Shown: piece by piece, positions 28,640 to 38,325 of the stretch
Layout of the letters: the number at the start of each line of letters is the position of its first letter
Numbering within the stretch: the first letter of the stretch is position 1
Origin: Bdellovibrionales bacterium
GTDB taxonomy: Bacteria > Bdellovibrionota > Bdellovibrionia > Bdellovibrionales > UBA1609
Direction: 5' to 3'
NCBI GenBank assembly: GCA_041690295.1
Contig: JAWLHR010000020.1
Coordinates: 1-61,641 of the forward strand
DNA: 61,641 bases
Program-made: the position numbers and the translations under genes
The notes under the pieces: model-generated
Databases searched by the model: none
What the model saw: the letters and a program-made list of their open reading frames with translations, nothing else
What the model was told of the DNA's origin: nothing

Positions 28640-29026
28640 ATGGGTATAAAACTAGTGATAGTCGATGACGCCCCGTTCATCCAAGAAGTGCTTAAGCATA
28701 TATTTTTAACCACCGAGATCGAGGTCGTCGGCGAAGCCCGCGACGGTTCAGAGGCCATAGAGGTGATCACGGCCACCCAACCGGATGTGGTGCTGATGGA
28801 CATCGTCATGCCTAAATTGAGCGGGATTGAAGCCACACGTGAAGTCCTCAAACGAAACCCCGACCTTAAAATCATTGCCTGCTCGACGGTTGATCAAAAC
28901 AATATGGTTATGAACGCGCTTGAAGCCGGCTGCTGCAACTACATCACCAAGCCATTCAAAGCCGATGAAGTTCTGGCCGCGGTTCGTTCGGCGGCTGGGG
29001 GTAAACAAGAGGAGGTGCAACAATGA
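28640..29026 (+). CDS. Single-domain CheY-like response regulator
   Basis: VIVDD, MDIVMP, YITKPF. Confidence 0.93.
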   Translation: MGIKLVIVDDAPFIQEVLKHIFLTTEIEVVGEARDGSEAIEVITATQPDVVLMDIVMPKLSGIEATREVLKRNPDLKIIACSTVDQNNMVMNALEAGCCNYITKPFKADEVLAAVRSAAGGKQEEVQQ

Positions 29027-29250
29027 GAGACCTGATTTTCCTAGTCAAAGCCATCCTGTTGACCACCATTATTGTTTTAATTTTGCAGATTCAAGTGGGC
29101 CAGCGCACCTTGGAAACTCATGCCTTGATTTGGATTCACACTTCGCCCTTGATCGCGCCCTTGAACACTGTGGCTCAAGGCGCGGCTAAGCTTTATCGGG
29201 ACAATTTTGAAAGGAAGAAATCCGAAGAAAAATCTACCGTTGAGCGGTAG
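29023..29250 (+). CDS. Small membrane protein
   Basis: ATGA overlap with the CheY gene, GGAGG RBS, N-terminal TM. Confidence 0.65.
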   Translation: MRDLIFLVKAILLTTIIVLILQIQVGQRTLETHALIWIHTSPLIAPLNTVAQGAAKLYRDNFERKKSEEKSTVER

Positions 29251-29461
29251 ATTTACCGGATGTGGTGGCCGGGCGATCAGCGGGCTTGCCAAACACCGTT
29301 TGCACCTGGCGCATGGCGCGGACCTGACTGCACTCACCATTCACGTTGCAATTCAATTGGGCCTGGCAATTCACGGATCGGCTGCTAGATGAATTGGCTG
29401 AGGCCACTGTTGAGAACCCAGCGATAAAGCCCAATAAAACCATCAAACTCGTCAGTTTCAT
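29234..29461 (-). CDS. Small secreted Cys-containing protein
   Basis: Signal peptide ending ASA, three Cys, low-complexity tail; sigma54-like promoter upstream. Confidence 0.65.
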   Translation of the reverse strand: MKLTSLMVLLGFIAGFSTVASANSSSSRSVNCQAQLNCNVNGECSQVRAMRQVQTVFGKPADRPATTSGKSTAQR

Positions 29462-29494
29462 CTCTCACCCTTGGTTGGAGTCGAAACTCATTAG

Positions 29495-29510
29495 AGCGAA
29501 ACCCGTGCCC
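29495..29510 (-). promoter_or_regulatory. Putative sigma54 promoter
   Basis: GGGCACGGGTTTCGCT (GG-N10-GC) about 33 nt upstream of the ATG at 29461. Confidence 0.5.
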
Positions 29511-29605
29511 GTCACCAAAGCCGATTTAGCGCCCCTTGGCCCCCTATAACGTATAACAGCTGATCAAGCGTCGGCATAAAACGGCACCGTACCATTTTGA
29601 GACAG

Positions 29606-29881
29606 TTACTTCGTCGACTTCGATTTAAGTACGTCCAATGAGGGCGCGGCCCCTTCCTCGCTTAATATACGCCCCACGAGATCCTGAATCGCGCGGACAT
29701 TCTCGGTGCGGGGTAAATTAGTGGTCGAGTTGCCGCAGGCGCCGCCTGTACATCTGTCGACCTCGGTGCTTCCCGCCTCGGTCGCCGCATCCTCGAGCAC
29801 GCTTGACGGCGGTCCATCCACGGACGTGGCCCAGCCAAGCGGCGAAAGAGTGACGAATAACACCAAAATTAAGCGCTTCAT
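29606..29881 (-). CDS. Bd0108-like hit (host interaction) locus small secreted disordered protein
   Basis: MKRLILVL signal peptide, central Cys pair, disordered composition, ATGA-coupled immediately downstream of the YD/RHS gene as in the Bdellovibrio hit locus. Confidence 0.65.
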   Translation of the reverse strand: MKRLILVLFVTLSPLGWATSVDGPPSSVLEDAATEAGSTEVDRCTGGACGNSTTNLPRTENVRAIQDLVGRILSEEGAAPSLDVLKSKSTK

Positions 29882-31563
29882 AACGGGGCCTCACTTGTGG
29901 CGGGCGCGATAATATCGAGCAGATTATTGAATATGCTGGCCACCTGCACGGCGACGGTCGAACCCTCTTTGCTTTCCACTTTCGCGATTTCGCCATCCGG
30001 TCGATAGGTGACTTGAATCGTTCCGAGGCCCGGCCGAGTCACTATAGCCGGTTTTCCAAAACGACTTTCATATTTTATCCGCACCAGTTTCTTGGATTGA
30101 TCTTCGATTTGGGAAATCCGTCCCTGATTGTCATAACGGAGTTTCACCGTTTGACCGTCCGAGCTGTTCGCCGCCAGCAAATTGCATTTCTTGGAATCAT
30201 AAGTGAATTTCGTTCGAACAGTTTTGATGGGTTTTTCGACTTTCGCGCTCGGTCTTCTCTCGGTTTCATTAAACAACTGCACCGTGACCTGTGAAACTTT
30301 ATTGCATTCGTTCTTATACTCGAAGGTCGTTAGACGGCCGGTTTCCCTCTTGGTTTTGACAAAACCGTTATCATGATAGGTGTAATCCACCTTCTCGTTG
30401 TCCCGTAAAATTGAAATCGGTTTGCCGAAAACCTCGTGATAGACGATGTCCGTCACGGCATTATTCACTTCGGTGCGAACGCGATAAAGGTAAACACCGG
30501 TGCCGTCGGGTCGAGGCCGGTGAAAGAACTCGTATTTACTGCGGTTGGTAATCTTGCTGCCGCATTTTTTCACCACATTCGACCAAAAGTGGTTTTTGGG
30601 ATCATCAGGGCTTTCCTTGTATTCGTAAGTTTCCACGCAACCTTTGGTGTTACGGAAGGAAGTCACCCAATCCTTGTCTTTGTTATAGGTCAATGCCTTG
30701 TACTTCCCATCGGGCATCGTAATTCGGGTGAGATTATGAACATCGTCGTAGGTGTATTTATAAGTCTGCTTTTTGGCGTCGGTGACCTCGACAAGGTCCT
30801 CACCCTTCACCGTGTATCGCGCCACGAGATTGTTGGGACCGACGATTTCGGAAACTTTTTTGGTTATCGGGTTATACTTAAATGTCAATTTGCGGGCTTG
30901 GTTGTCGGTTACCGATTTCAATTGGTCTTTTTCCCACACCAACTTGAGATGATTCCCGTTGCGATCATACATGTGGGTCATTCGCCCCGTTTTCTGATCG
31001 AACAACTGATAAGTCCCATCCGCGAGGGCGCGCTTGTATGAACCCTTTGTGATCGTGATGTTTTCAGCTTCTCTTCCGTTGGCGAGGTAAGCCACGTTGT
31101 TATCGACTTTACCTCGGATGTTCAATCGACGGCCGAACTCTTCGCGCATGAAATCGTTCGTCCTCAATTCTTTTTCAAGATTTTCGATGTAGTCAGGCTT
31201 GAGATCAGGACGGCGGCGCTTCACCTCAGCGATGATCTGCGTGGCGGTCGCGGCGATCTTTTGTGAGCTGAAGTTTTTAGGCGTATAGGTGATCTCCATT
31301 CCGCCGCCGCATTCCGTAAGGCGAAGATTCCCCTCTGTGGTGACGTCGATCTTGGTTTCATAATCCGAGCACCATCCGAATCCAAAAAGTCCGTTGAAAA
31401 GAGAGCGGCTGTTATACGTCCGGTTGATCCGTAAGTCGTATCCCACCCCGGGAACGATCAAATCCGTCCAACTTTCCGAATAATTCGCGCTCTTCATGTC
31501 GACAATGGCAGACGCGCCCGTGGCGTACAGGAATACGGCAATAAACGTGATCTTTGTTCTCAT
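29878..31563 (-). CDS. YD/RHS-repeat protein, Bd0109-like (DUF6531-type N-terminus)
   Basis: RTYNS...FGFGW, repeated Y.YD..GNL / YDNQGRI units, signal peptide; no C-terminal toxin domain. Confidence 0.88.
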   Translation of the reverse strand: MRTKITFIAVFLYATGASAIVDMKSANYSESWTDLIVPGVGYDLRINRTYNSRSLFNGLFGFGWCSDYETKIDVTTEGNLRLTECGGGMEITYTPKNFSSQKIAATATQIIAEVKRRRPDLKPDYIENLEKELRTNDFMREEFGRRLNIRGKVDNNVAYLANGREAENITITKGSYKRALADGTYQLFDQKTGRMTHMYDRNGNHLKLVWEKDQLKSVTDNQARKLTFKYNPITKKVSEIVGPNNLVARYTVKGEDLVEVTDAKKQTYKYTYDDVHNLTRITMPDGKYKALTYNKDKDWVTSFRNTKGCVETYEYKESPDDPKNHFWSNVVKKCGSKITNRSKYEFFHRPRPDGTGVYLYRVRTEVNNAVTDIVYHEVFGKPISILRDNEKVDYTYHDNGFVKTKRETGRLTTFEYKNECNKVSQVTVQLFNETERRPSAKVEKPIKTVRTKFTYDSKKCNLLAANSSDGQTVKLRYDNQGRISQIEDQSKKLVRIKYESRFGKPAIVTRPGLGTIQVTYRPDGEIAKVESKEGSTVAVQVASIFNNLLDIIAPATSEAPL

Positions 31564-32438
31564 ACCTTAATGGTAACAATTTTTTTCATGACGACCAGAC
31601 CAATTATTTGCAACGTCGCGACGATCATCAAACAAACCCATCCTAAAGGCTTGGTGAAAAGTGGCATCACATAACTGGGATCGAGCACCAAGAAAACGCC
31701 AAGCAAGATCAGGGGCACCATTGTCACGACGATGGCCTGCATATTACCTTGGGCCGTCATCGCTTCGATTTTCTTCTCGACTTTTTGCCGTTCACGGACC
31801 GTGCTCACGATCGTGGTAAAGGTTTCGGCCATATTTCCGCCTGTTTCCTTCAAAATCACCACCGCCGTGACGAACATTTGCACATCCTGCCGGGGTATGC
31901 GGTCGCCGAATTCGTTCAAGGCATCCTCCACGGACATCCCCAGGCGAACTTTATTCAGAATCAAGCCGAACTCCTGAGGAAGCGGGCCCGACATGTTTTC
32001 CACCACTCTCTCCATGGACTGGGTCAAACTCTGACCGGCCTTGATCCCGTTCGCCATAATGGTCATCCCATCCACCATTTGATCCACGAGGCGAGAACAG
32101 CGTTTTTCCCAAAGTGAGTTGATGAGGGCTTTGGGCGCGAGCCAACCGAGATAAGTAACAATTCCGCCAATCAAGCTGCCGAGCAGGACATGGGGCCAGA
32201 ATAAAATAAAAATCAACGCGCCCGGACCGAAGCTCGCGGCGATCATGGCGTAAGTGACCTTTTTATGATCGGTCTCCACGAACATTTTATCCATGAGCGC
32301 CAGAACTTCCTCACGGCTGCCCAATGTTTTGCGGTGGAGGAAGTCGATGATTCGATCGGAAGTAAAATACGAGAAGATGAAAATCGTGACTCCAAACAGC
32401 GGAATGAAAATAAATTCGTTACCGATGATGAAACTCAT
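31560..32438 (-). CDS. tadB: Tad pilus inner-membrane platform protein TadB
   Basis: QMVDGM...GIKAGQS, ETGGNMAE, RERQKVEKKIEAMTAQG. Confidence 0.9.
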   Translation of the reverse strand: MSFIIGNEFIFIPLFGVTIFIFSYFTSDRIIDFLHRKTLGSREEVLALMDKMFVETDHKKVTYAMIAASFGPGALIFILFWPHVLLGSLIGGIVTYLGWLAPKALINSLWEKRCSRLVDQMVDGMTIMANGIKAGQSLTQSMERVVENMSGPLPQEFGLILNKVRLGMSVEDALNEFGDRIPRQDVQMFVTAVVILKETGGNMAETFTTIVSTVRERQKVEKKIEAMTAQGNMQAIVVTMVPLILLGVFLVLDPSYVMPLFTKPLGWVCLMIVATLQIIGLVVMKKIVTIKV

Positions 32439-34732
32439 GTGGATGAGCCTCCCGTTCCCGTTTTCTTCTGTCCCAAAGTTCCCACGCGCGGGATATTGGG
32501 ACCACGAAGTCCCGGACCCGAATGAGTCGGCTTGCGCGCCGATTGCTCGGCGGTCATGAACAAGCCGCGGGGAATGTTGACTCCTTTTTGCTCGAATTCT
32601 TCAATGAACGTGGGAATGAGACCAAGCGCCTGGAACTGTCCGACCACTTTGCGATTTTTGTCGAAACCTTCTTCCTTGAATCGGAAAATTTCCTGCAGGG
32701 TCACGGTATCGCCCTGCATGCCCACCACCTCGGTGATACTCATCACTTTACGTGAACCGTCGCTCAAGCGTGAAATCTGAATGATCAGATCCACCGCACC
32801 CGCGATTTGTTCGCGGATCGCTTTGGCCGGTAAATCCATGCCGGCCATTAAACACAAAGTTTCAAGGCGCGCGATGGCTTCTCTGGGAGTGTTGGCGTGC
32901 ACGGTGGTCATGGAGCCGTCGTGACCGGTGTTCATCGCGGCGAGCATGTCGAGCGCGGCGCCGTCACGACACTCACCGACCACGATACGATCGGGACGCA
33001 TACGAAGCGAGTTTTTGATCAAATCACGAATCGAAACTTCTCCCGTACCCTCGAGATTGGCGGGCCGGGTTTCAAGACGGACCACATGATCCTGTTTTAA
33101 TTGCAATTCCGCCGCGTCCTCGACCGTGACGATCCTCTCGTTGGCGGGAATGAAACTCGATAGCACATTCAACAGTGTTGTTTTACCGGAACCGGTACCG
33201 CCGGAGATCACGATATTTAAACCCTGCTCGACGCAGATTCTTAAGAAATCCATCATCGGCCGGGTCATTGATCCGAACCGTTCCACATAATCCCGGTCGG
33301 TGATGCGTTCCTGCGGGAATTTACGAATCGTCAGCGCGGGACCGTCGATCGCCAACGGTTCGATGATGGCGTTCACCCGGCTGCCGTCGGGAAGGCGCGC
33401 GTCCACATATGGCGTGCGCTCGTCGATGCGGCGGCCGAGAGGAGAAACGATACGTTCGATCACGTTCCTCAGCTGCTGATTACTGGTGAACGTCACGTTG
33501 GACAGCGTGAGTTTTCCGTTCTTTTCGATGTAAATCATGTCGCAACCATTCACCATGATTTCAGTCACCGTGGGATCGACCAGCAATTCTTCGAGAGGAC
33601 CAAGGCCCAAAGCCTCATCCAGCGTTTCTTTAATCACGCGCGCGCGGTCATCCCGCGAAAGACCCGGTGACAGTCGATCCGTCAATTGCGAGATCACCCG
33701 TTGCGTGCGGTTCTTTAAGTCACGCGCTTTCACGGGGTCGCCATCGATGTTCATGATGTCCTTTTTCAGGTCCATTTCCTTGATGAGACCGCTATGGACT
33801 TGCATCTTCAGCAATGTGAGCGGGCTGATCTCGCGTTTTCGTCCCGCGTTTTTGCGCGCCTTGGGATCGAGCATGCTCGGCATGCCCGCGTCCTTGGCCG
33901 CGGCACCAGTTAACGCCGCCTGGGCACCCGGTTTTTGCACCATCGAGATCTTGGGTTTTGACGCCGCTTTAAGCTTTTGAAGAATCCCACCGGTGAGCCG
34001 GCGAACAGTTTCATGGTACGAAGCGGTCATCGCCGATGACGGCGCCGTCAGTACAAAGGGTGAAGATCGCTGCAAAGCCATGGTCGCCGTCAAATCATCT
34101 TGTGGGATCGTGGCCAGGATCGGCCGGCGCAAACTTTGGCTGATGGCGTTTTGATCCAGGCCCGAACGACTCACCTTGTTCAAAACGATCTGGATAAAAT
34201 CCGCCGGCACCGAAGCGGAAAGCATGTCATTGATGAGGCGCCGGGTTTGATTGACGACAAGAACTTCGGGTGTCGTCACCACGAGAATCACCGTGGCGTC
34301 CTCGATCAGACCCATTTGCAAAGCGTCCAATTCGCTTCCTAAATCCACGATGATGTACTTGTAAAACTGGCTGATCGCGAAGATCTGCTTACGCAAAAGG
34401 TCCACTTGCACATTGAAGATCTGATCAGGGCCCATGACCGCGCCGATGTAACTCAATCCGCTGGGATGGCTCGTCACCAGACTTCCCGCCGACTGGGCGG
34501 TGATCGCTCCGGTGAAATTGGCCAAGTCCATGACGGTTTTGGTCGGTCGAATGCCCGTAATGAAATTCTGGTCGCCGCAGCTTTTGGGATCGCTGTCGAT
34601 TAGAAGAGTCTTGGCTTTCATTTCTTTAAGGAATGCGTGGGCCAGATTGGCGGCGAACACGGACTTACCGACGCCGCCTTTGCCACCGATCACCGCGATT
34701 AAATGTGAGCTTTCATGTACGCCCAAAACCAA
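32435..34732 (-). CDS. tadA: CpaE/TadZ (ParA-like)-TadA/CpaF ATPase fusion
   Basis: N-terminal GGKGGVGKS; C-terminal GGTGSGKTT, LRMRPDRIVVGECR, MNTGHDGS. Confidence 0.95.
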   Translation of the reverse strand: MVLGVHESSHLIAVIGGKGGVGKSVFAANLAHAFLKEMKAKTLLIDSDPKSCGDQNFITGIRPTKTVMDLANFTGAITAQSAGSLVTSHPSGLSYIGAVMGPDQIFNVQVDLLRKQIFAISQFYKYIIVDLGSELDALQMGLIEDATVILVVTTPEVLVVNQTRRLINDMLSASVPADFIQIVLNKVSRSGLDQNAISQSLRRPILATIPQDDLTATMALQRSSPFVLTAPSSAMTASYHETVRRLTGGILQKLKAASKPKISMVQKPGAQAALTGAAAKDAGMPSMLDPKARKNAGRKREISPLTLLKMQVHSGLIKEMDLKKDIMNIDGDPVKARDLKNRTQRVISQLTDRLSPGLSRDDRARVIKETLDEALGLGPLEELLVDPTVTEIMVNGCDMIYIEKNGKLTLSNVTFTSNQQLRNVIERIVSPLGRRIDERTPYVDARLPDGSRVNAIIEPLAIDGPALTIRKFPQERITDRDYVERFGSMTRPMMDFLRICVEQGLNIVISGGTGSGKTTLLNVLSSFIPANERIVTVEDAAELQLKQDHVVRLETRPANLEGTGEVSIRDLIKNSLRMRPDRIVVGECRDGAALDMLAAMNTGHDGSMTTVHANTPREAIARLETLCLMAGMDLPAKAIREQIAGAVDLIIQISRLSDGSRKVMSITEVVGMQGDTVTLQEIFRFKEEGFDKNRKVVGQFQALGLIPTFIEEFEQKGVNIPRGLFMTAEQSARKPTHSGPGLRGPNIPRVGTLGQKKTGTGGSST

Positions 34733-34746
34733 GATCCTCCGGTTTC

Positions 34747-34763
34747 CTATCGGATTTATCGGC
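34747..34763 (-). promoter_or_regulatory. Putative sigma28 (FliA) -10 elements upstream of tadZA
   Basis: GCCGATAA followed by CCGATAG just upstream of the GGAGG RBS. Confidence 0.5.
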
Positions 34764-34798
34764 GCGTGACATGACGTCCAACTGGACCAAGGGCGGAC

Positions 34799-36331
34799 TT
34801 AATTTTGGTTCAAACGAAACTTCTTTTTGATTTTCTCCGAGCCGGCGCTCGCCGAGCTCTTGATGATCGGGGTCACGAAAACCACGAATTGACTCTGGTT
34901 CCGGCGAAAGTCCTTGGAAGCATAAAGCGAGATGATCGGATTCTTGGACGCACCCGCCGGCAACTTGTTGAAATTCGTTCCGCTGTCGTTGGTGATTAAA
35001 CCGCCCACCGCGGCACTTTGTCCACTTCGCACGTGCAATACCGTCTGTATTTCACGACTCGCGGTCAACGGACCTTGGTCGGAATAACTCAATAAGCTCT
35101 TCACCGCGAAATTAAGCGCGAGCTTCACGGAATCGGAACGCGCGCCCATGATCTGCGGCGTGATATTGGTTCGGATTCCAGTCTCCTCGAAGTTCGTCGA
35201 CGGTTGGCCTTGAGCATTGACCACCTGATAAGGCAATCTTGTGATCGAGTTGATCACTCCCTGACGGCCGTCTTCCACGGTCACACTTGAACTCTGCAGC
35301 ACCCGAGCGAAACCATGCTGTTTGGCCCAATTCAATTTGGGAAGAAGATTGGACACCGTTCCCGTAATGGTGGCGGTTAATCCACCCGGACTCCGTCCGC
35401 CCGTGGCGAACTCGAGGGTGGAGCCATCGCCGATATCCGGCAACCACTGGAAGCGGAAAGATCGCGTGTAGTCTTTTTGCAGTTCCACGTAGTGCACCAC
35501 CATTTGCACGATCTTGGGCGGCTCGGCCTCAGGTGGCGGACGAACCACGATCATATTGATGACCACGTCCACTTTTCTTTCAAGAACCTTTTTGTCGGCC
35601 ACCGCTTCGTCCACGACCACGTCGGGGACATACATTTTGGCGATGATCTCGGCTTTATCCTTTTCTTCGCGGCTGTTGGCGAAACCTTCGAGAATGAATT
35701 TACCGTTAACCGAGTTCACCCGGATTTCGGGGTTACCGATCTTGCGCTCGATGAACTGCGCGATTTTATTGGTGGCGATCGGACTTAAAACCACGAGTGA
35801 AGTGGCCTGCGGGCCATATTGCTTAACCACGGAGTGAATGCGTTTCATATCCGCGGGAAGCAGGATCTGACCGTCCACGATCACCTTATTATTGAGAATC
35901 TTAACTTGAATGCCTTCAATCCCTTGCAGCAACGCCTGAATTTCACGCGCGACTTTCTGAAGATCGGTTTTGCGCACGTCAACGGTGTACTCGGCGAGCA
36001 CCTTTCCAGTTTTTGGGTCCTTAATAATCAAAGTTCCCACACCCGGAGAGCGTGGATTGAAACGCAAGGTCCGGGTGTCCGGATTCCATTGCATGCGGGT
36101 GAATTTACGGAAAGTTCCGTCGATTTCGATGTTGCGCGGAAAATTTTCGAGCTTTTCATCATGATAAACGCCGACTGAAAGATTGATATAACCCCTCGTC
36201 AAGGCTTTGCGTGAGCTCTCTAAAACGTCATCTTCGGTGACTGGATTTGGTTCCACCTGCGCGAACACGTAGTACGGCCCCACGAGAATCGCGATCAGCG
36301 CCGGTAAAAGTTTTTTGCTCAATACATTCAT
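34799..36331 (-). CDS. rcpA: Tad secretin RcpA/CpaC with BON-like domains
   Basis: Signal peptide, N-domain (GVGTLII), two BON-like repeats, secretin-like C-terminus (SGQSAAVGGL, FVVFVTP). Confidence 0.85.
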   Translation of the reverse strand: MNVLSKKLLPALIAILVGPYYVFAQVEPNPVTEDDVLESSRKALTRGYINLSVGVYHDEKLENFPRNIEIDGTFRKFTRMQWNPDTRTLRFNPRSPGVGTLIIKDPKTGKVLAEYTVDVRKTDLQKVAREIQALLQGIEGIQVKILNNKVIVDGQILLPADMKRIHSVVKQYGPQATSLVVLSPIATNKIAQFIERKIGNPEIRVNSVNGKFILEGFANSREEKDKAEIIAKMYVPDVVVDEAVADKKVLERKVDVVINMIVVRPPPEAEPPKIVQMVVHYVELQKDYTRSFRFQWLPDIGDGSTLEFATGGRSPGGLTATITGTVSNLLPKLNWAKQHGFARVLQSSSVTVEDGRQGVINSITRLPYQVVNAQGQPSTNFEETGIRTNITPQIMGARSDSVKLALNFAVKSLLSYSDQGPLTASREIQTVLHVRSGQSAAVGGLITNDSGTNFNKLPAGASKNPIISLYASKDFRRNQSQFVVFVTPIIKSSASAGSEKIKKKFRLNQN

Positions 36332-36341
36332 CCTAAATCAC

Positions 36342-37214
36342 CTACAAATCTATGAACGGGCCCTTTTTCTTTTTGGGAGCCGGCTTCGGCGGTGGCGGCG
36401 GTGGAGCCGCGGCGGCCGGCTGCCTTGTATTCAAAAGATCCTGACTAACCTTTCCAAGTAACGATTCGATCGTGGATTCGGGCATGCGTTTTTTCGTGTG
36501 ATCCGACGGGTGCCTTAACGTAATGAAGATCGAGCCGGGAGATGTGGACAGAAGATAAATCAAGTCCTGGCTCTCCTCGGGAGAGGCCTCGATCGTGATC
36601 GTGTTGAACCCTAAGTCCCCGCGCAAAGTTTTAATGAAGTCCTCACGGCCCAAACGCTCATGCATGATCGGCAGTTCGTTCACCACACGTGCTCCGGTCG
36701 CGAGAATCACAACATCTTGCATGAGAGTTTTCACTTCGCGGCGCTGGTTCACGCCTTTACCCACGTCAAGCGCGGTGATGATGTCGATGCGGTCCCCGGG
36801 ATTGAGAAGTTTCGCGACCGCGTTCGTTTCGTTCACCGGAATCGAGATCGCGCGTTTGCTGGGTGAGACCTGCAAGGAAAGTCCCGTGACCGGTCCCGGC
36901 GCGATCACCTTGCTCTGTAAAACCTGCTCGCCTTTTTTGATCGGCGCCAATGAAACCAAACCCACCGCCTGCTCGGGATCCGAAATCGCCAGGGGTTCAA
37001 TAAAGTCCACTGGCTTTTCCTCGATTTGCAGCATGGTCTCATCGATCGTTTCCAACTCTTTGATGTCTTGCGCGGCCACAACGACGCGTTGTTTGGCGCC
37101 AAACTTCTTCGTCAGCTCAGCGCTTTTTTCCTGCGTATAGCTATAAAGCAAGAACACGGCGAAGAGCGCCGACCCTACGCTGATCCATAATGTTCTGGTT
37201 TCATTGTTGTTCAC
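36342..37214 (-). CDS. cpaB: Flp pilus assembly protein CpaB/RcpC
   Basis: TM, SAF domain (VVVAAQDI), RAISIPV, PGDRIDI, QDVVILATG. Confidence 0.92.
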   Translation of the reverse strand: MNNNETRTLWISVGSALFAVFLLYSYTQEKSAELTKKFGAKQRVVVAAQDIKELETIDETMLQIEEKPVDFIEPLAISDPEQAVGLVSLAPIKKGEQVLQSKVIAPGPVTGLSLQVSPSKRAISIPVNETNAVAKLLNPGDRIDIITALDVGKGVNQRREVKTLMQDVVILATGARVVNELPIMHERLGREDFIKTLRGDLGFNTITIEASPEESQDLIYLLSTSPGSIFITLRHPSDHTKKRMPESTIESLLGKVSQDLLNTRQPAAAAPPPPPPKPAPKKKKGPFIDL

Positions 37215-37226
37215 AGCTCACGCTCC

Positions 37227-37709
37227 TCATCTTCCACAATTCGCATTCAAACAAATGCCATATCCGACCATGACCCAAGCCGGATTCACCGAAATACGTT
37301 CATTTCGCGGCAATAGATTGTAAATTTGCTGGTTATGCGCTTCGAGTCCCGGATCTTCGGCCGCCAAATTCCGCCCAATCGAGATCGGACGCGCGGTGGC
37401 CACGAACCGATCCCTTTGATCGCTTTCATGTTGGATCGCATGGTACCGCCAACCTTTGCGCGTGAAATTAAAAGGCTGTTGAATACCCGATCCGTCTTCC
37501 CGGAAGTAATACAAATTCGTGCGCTGGCGGAAAGTTTCAAAGGCGTATGCCCGCGCGCCGATCGAGTGCAGAGTCGCCGTGTGCACGATTCCGAAAAACC
37601 CGATGCCGAAGCTGAACAGCATGACGAAGACAACGATCAAAGGCACGGTCTCCAGGATCGCGAGACCCCTTTGATTGGCTATGGCTGATTTTTTCAGTCG
37701 GTTCACCAT
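37227..37709 (-). CDS. TadE-like minor pilin
   Basis: NQRG|LAILE prepilin motif plus hydrophobic helix. Confidence 0.8.
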   Translation of the reverse strand: MVNRLKKSAIANQRGLAILETVPLIVVFVMLFSFGIGFFGIVHTATLHSIGARAYAFETFRQRTNLYYFREDGSGIQQPFNFTRKGWRYHAIQHESDQRDRFVATARPISIGRNLAAEDPGLEAHNQQIYNLLPRNERISVNPAWVMVGYGICLNANCGR

Positions 37710-37710
37710 C

Positions 37711-38325
37711 TCAGCACCCGTTGTCTGTCATTGGGGCATAGCCCCCCGCACCCGTCCCTGTGCTGTAACTGGCTCCTCCTGAAACCGGTAAGTTACGAAT
37801 GGCCGTCCATCTGGCCGCGGTAAACTGAAGACATTCTTCCGTCGTGGGTTCCCGGCCCAAATAGCTGCCTAAGTAAGTTCTGAAATTATCGCCCGAATCA
37901 TCCGCATCATCCGGCACCGTGGATCCAAAGAACGGAATCTGAAAGGCGAGAACCTTGGCGGTGAACGTCGTGCCCGCGCCCCAGAATTTGTTCACGCCTT
38001 GAACGGCGGCTTGGAAGCCCGGAATGATTTGGGTGTGATCGCCGATACCCGGTTGGGCATCGACCGTATACCATCCATTATTATATAGAGGCCTCAATAC
38101 CGGATGATTGATGAGTTCCTGATATTTTAAGTTGCCTCGTGTGGTCTGAGTTTCTTGATCCACATGCGCCACACCGAAATTGCGCGCGGTCGCGAAAGTC
38201 ACGTATTGAGTCACCGACGCCACGGAAAGCGTGAAGGTCAGCACAAAAAGCAATCCCGACAGCCCCAGGATCAGGACCATCGAGAAGAGAAAATCAACCG
38301 TGAGGATACCGCGCTCATTCATCAT
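37711..38325 (-). CDS. TadE/TadG-like minor pilin
   Basis: NERG|ILTVDF motif, TM helix, TFATAR. Confidence 0.75.
   Translation of the reverse strand: MMNERGILTVDFLFSMVLILGLSGLLFVLTFTLSVASVTQYVTFATARNFGVAHVDQETQTTRGNLKYQELINHPVLRPLYNNGWYTVDAQPGIGDHTQIIPGFQAAVQGVNKFWGAGTTFTAKVLAFQIPFFGSTVPDDADDSGDNFRTYLGSYLGREPTTEECLQFTAARWTAIRNLPVSGGASYSTGTGAGGYAPMTDNGC

Noticed and set aside
29878..31563. RHS polymorphic toxin with downstream immunity gene
   Set aside because: No DPxG cleavage motif or toxin tip; has a Sec signal; context matches the Bd0109/Bd0108 hit locus.
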